Origin: Octopus sinensis
Taxonomy: Eukaryota
Direction: 5' to 3'
Length of the DNA stretch: 64,000 nt
Assembly (NCBI RefSeq): GCF_006345805.1
Contig: NC_043010.1
Span: forward strand, 61,442,001 to 61,506,000
The translations under genes and the position numbers were made by a program. The notes beneath the pieces were generated by a model, which saw only the letters and a program-made list of their open reading frames with translations, made no database searches and had not been told where the DNA came from. This document shows positions 63,797-64,000 of the stretch, piece after piece (positions within the stretch are counted from its first letter, which is position 1; each line of letters opens with the position of its first letter).

Positions 63797-64000
63797 TTAG
63801 GTTTACCTTTCCAAGATGAAAAATAAATAAAAGAAACCAGAAAACAAAAGAAATTGGTAATAGTTTTCTAAACTACCATATTTAGACCAGCTTAATGCAC
63901 TTTTGCTCCCCCTCTCTCTCTTAGATTCCTGACATCTGAACCTTGACTTCAAGGTCAAAGATATCAATACAGCATGTTTTGATAAACAGATAACAAAATC

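Overview
AT-rich, microsatellite- and SINE-dense animal genomic DNA. The SINE and LINE families and the single-exon C2H2 zinc-finger genes suggest an octopod cephalopod (inference). The window holds three protein genes. Two are divergent C2H2 ZNF genes: 8 fingers on - at 1818-2888, and 11 fingers plus poly-Q/H on + at 32026-33897. The third is a complete 7-coding-exon ornithine aminotransferase (OAT) on - from 56684 to 37123 (436 aa; I traced every GT-AG junction in frame). Two identical tRNA-Lys(CTT) genes lie between the ZNFs. The rest is a mosaic of at least four tRNA-derived SINE types, RTE and CR1 LINE fragments, mariner relics, piggyBac-type non-autonomous elements, a Helitron, MITEs and minisatellites. 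The most notable find is a ~460-bp insertion at 7684-8143. It has an 11-bp target-site duplication (TSD), terminal direct repeats (~350-nt monomer) and a minimal type-I hammerhead ribozyme fold on the minus strand, so it is a retrozyme/Penelope-like candidate circRNA-forming element. Also notable are a 5'-truncated LINE-like insert that shares its tail with the most abundant TSD-making SINE, and two minisatellites seeded independently from the same spot in an RTE 3' UTR. No database search was possible; family names come from motif recognition.
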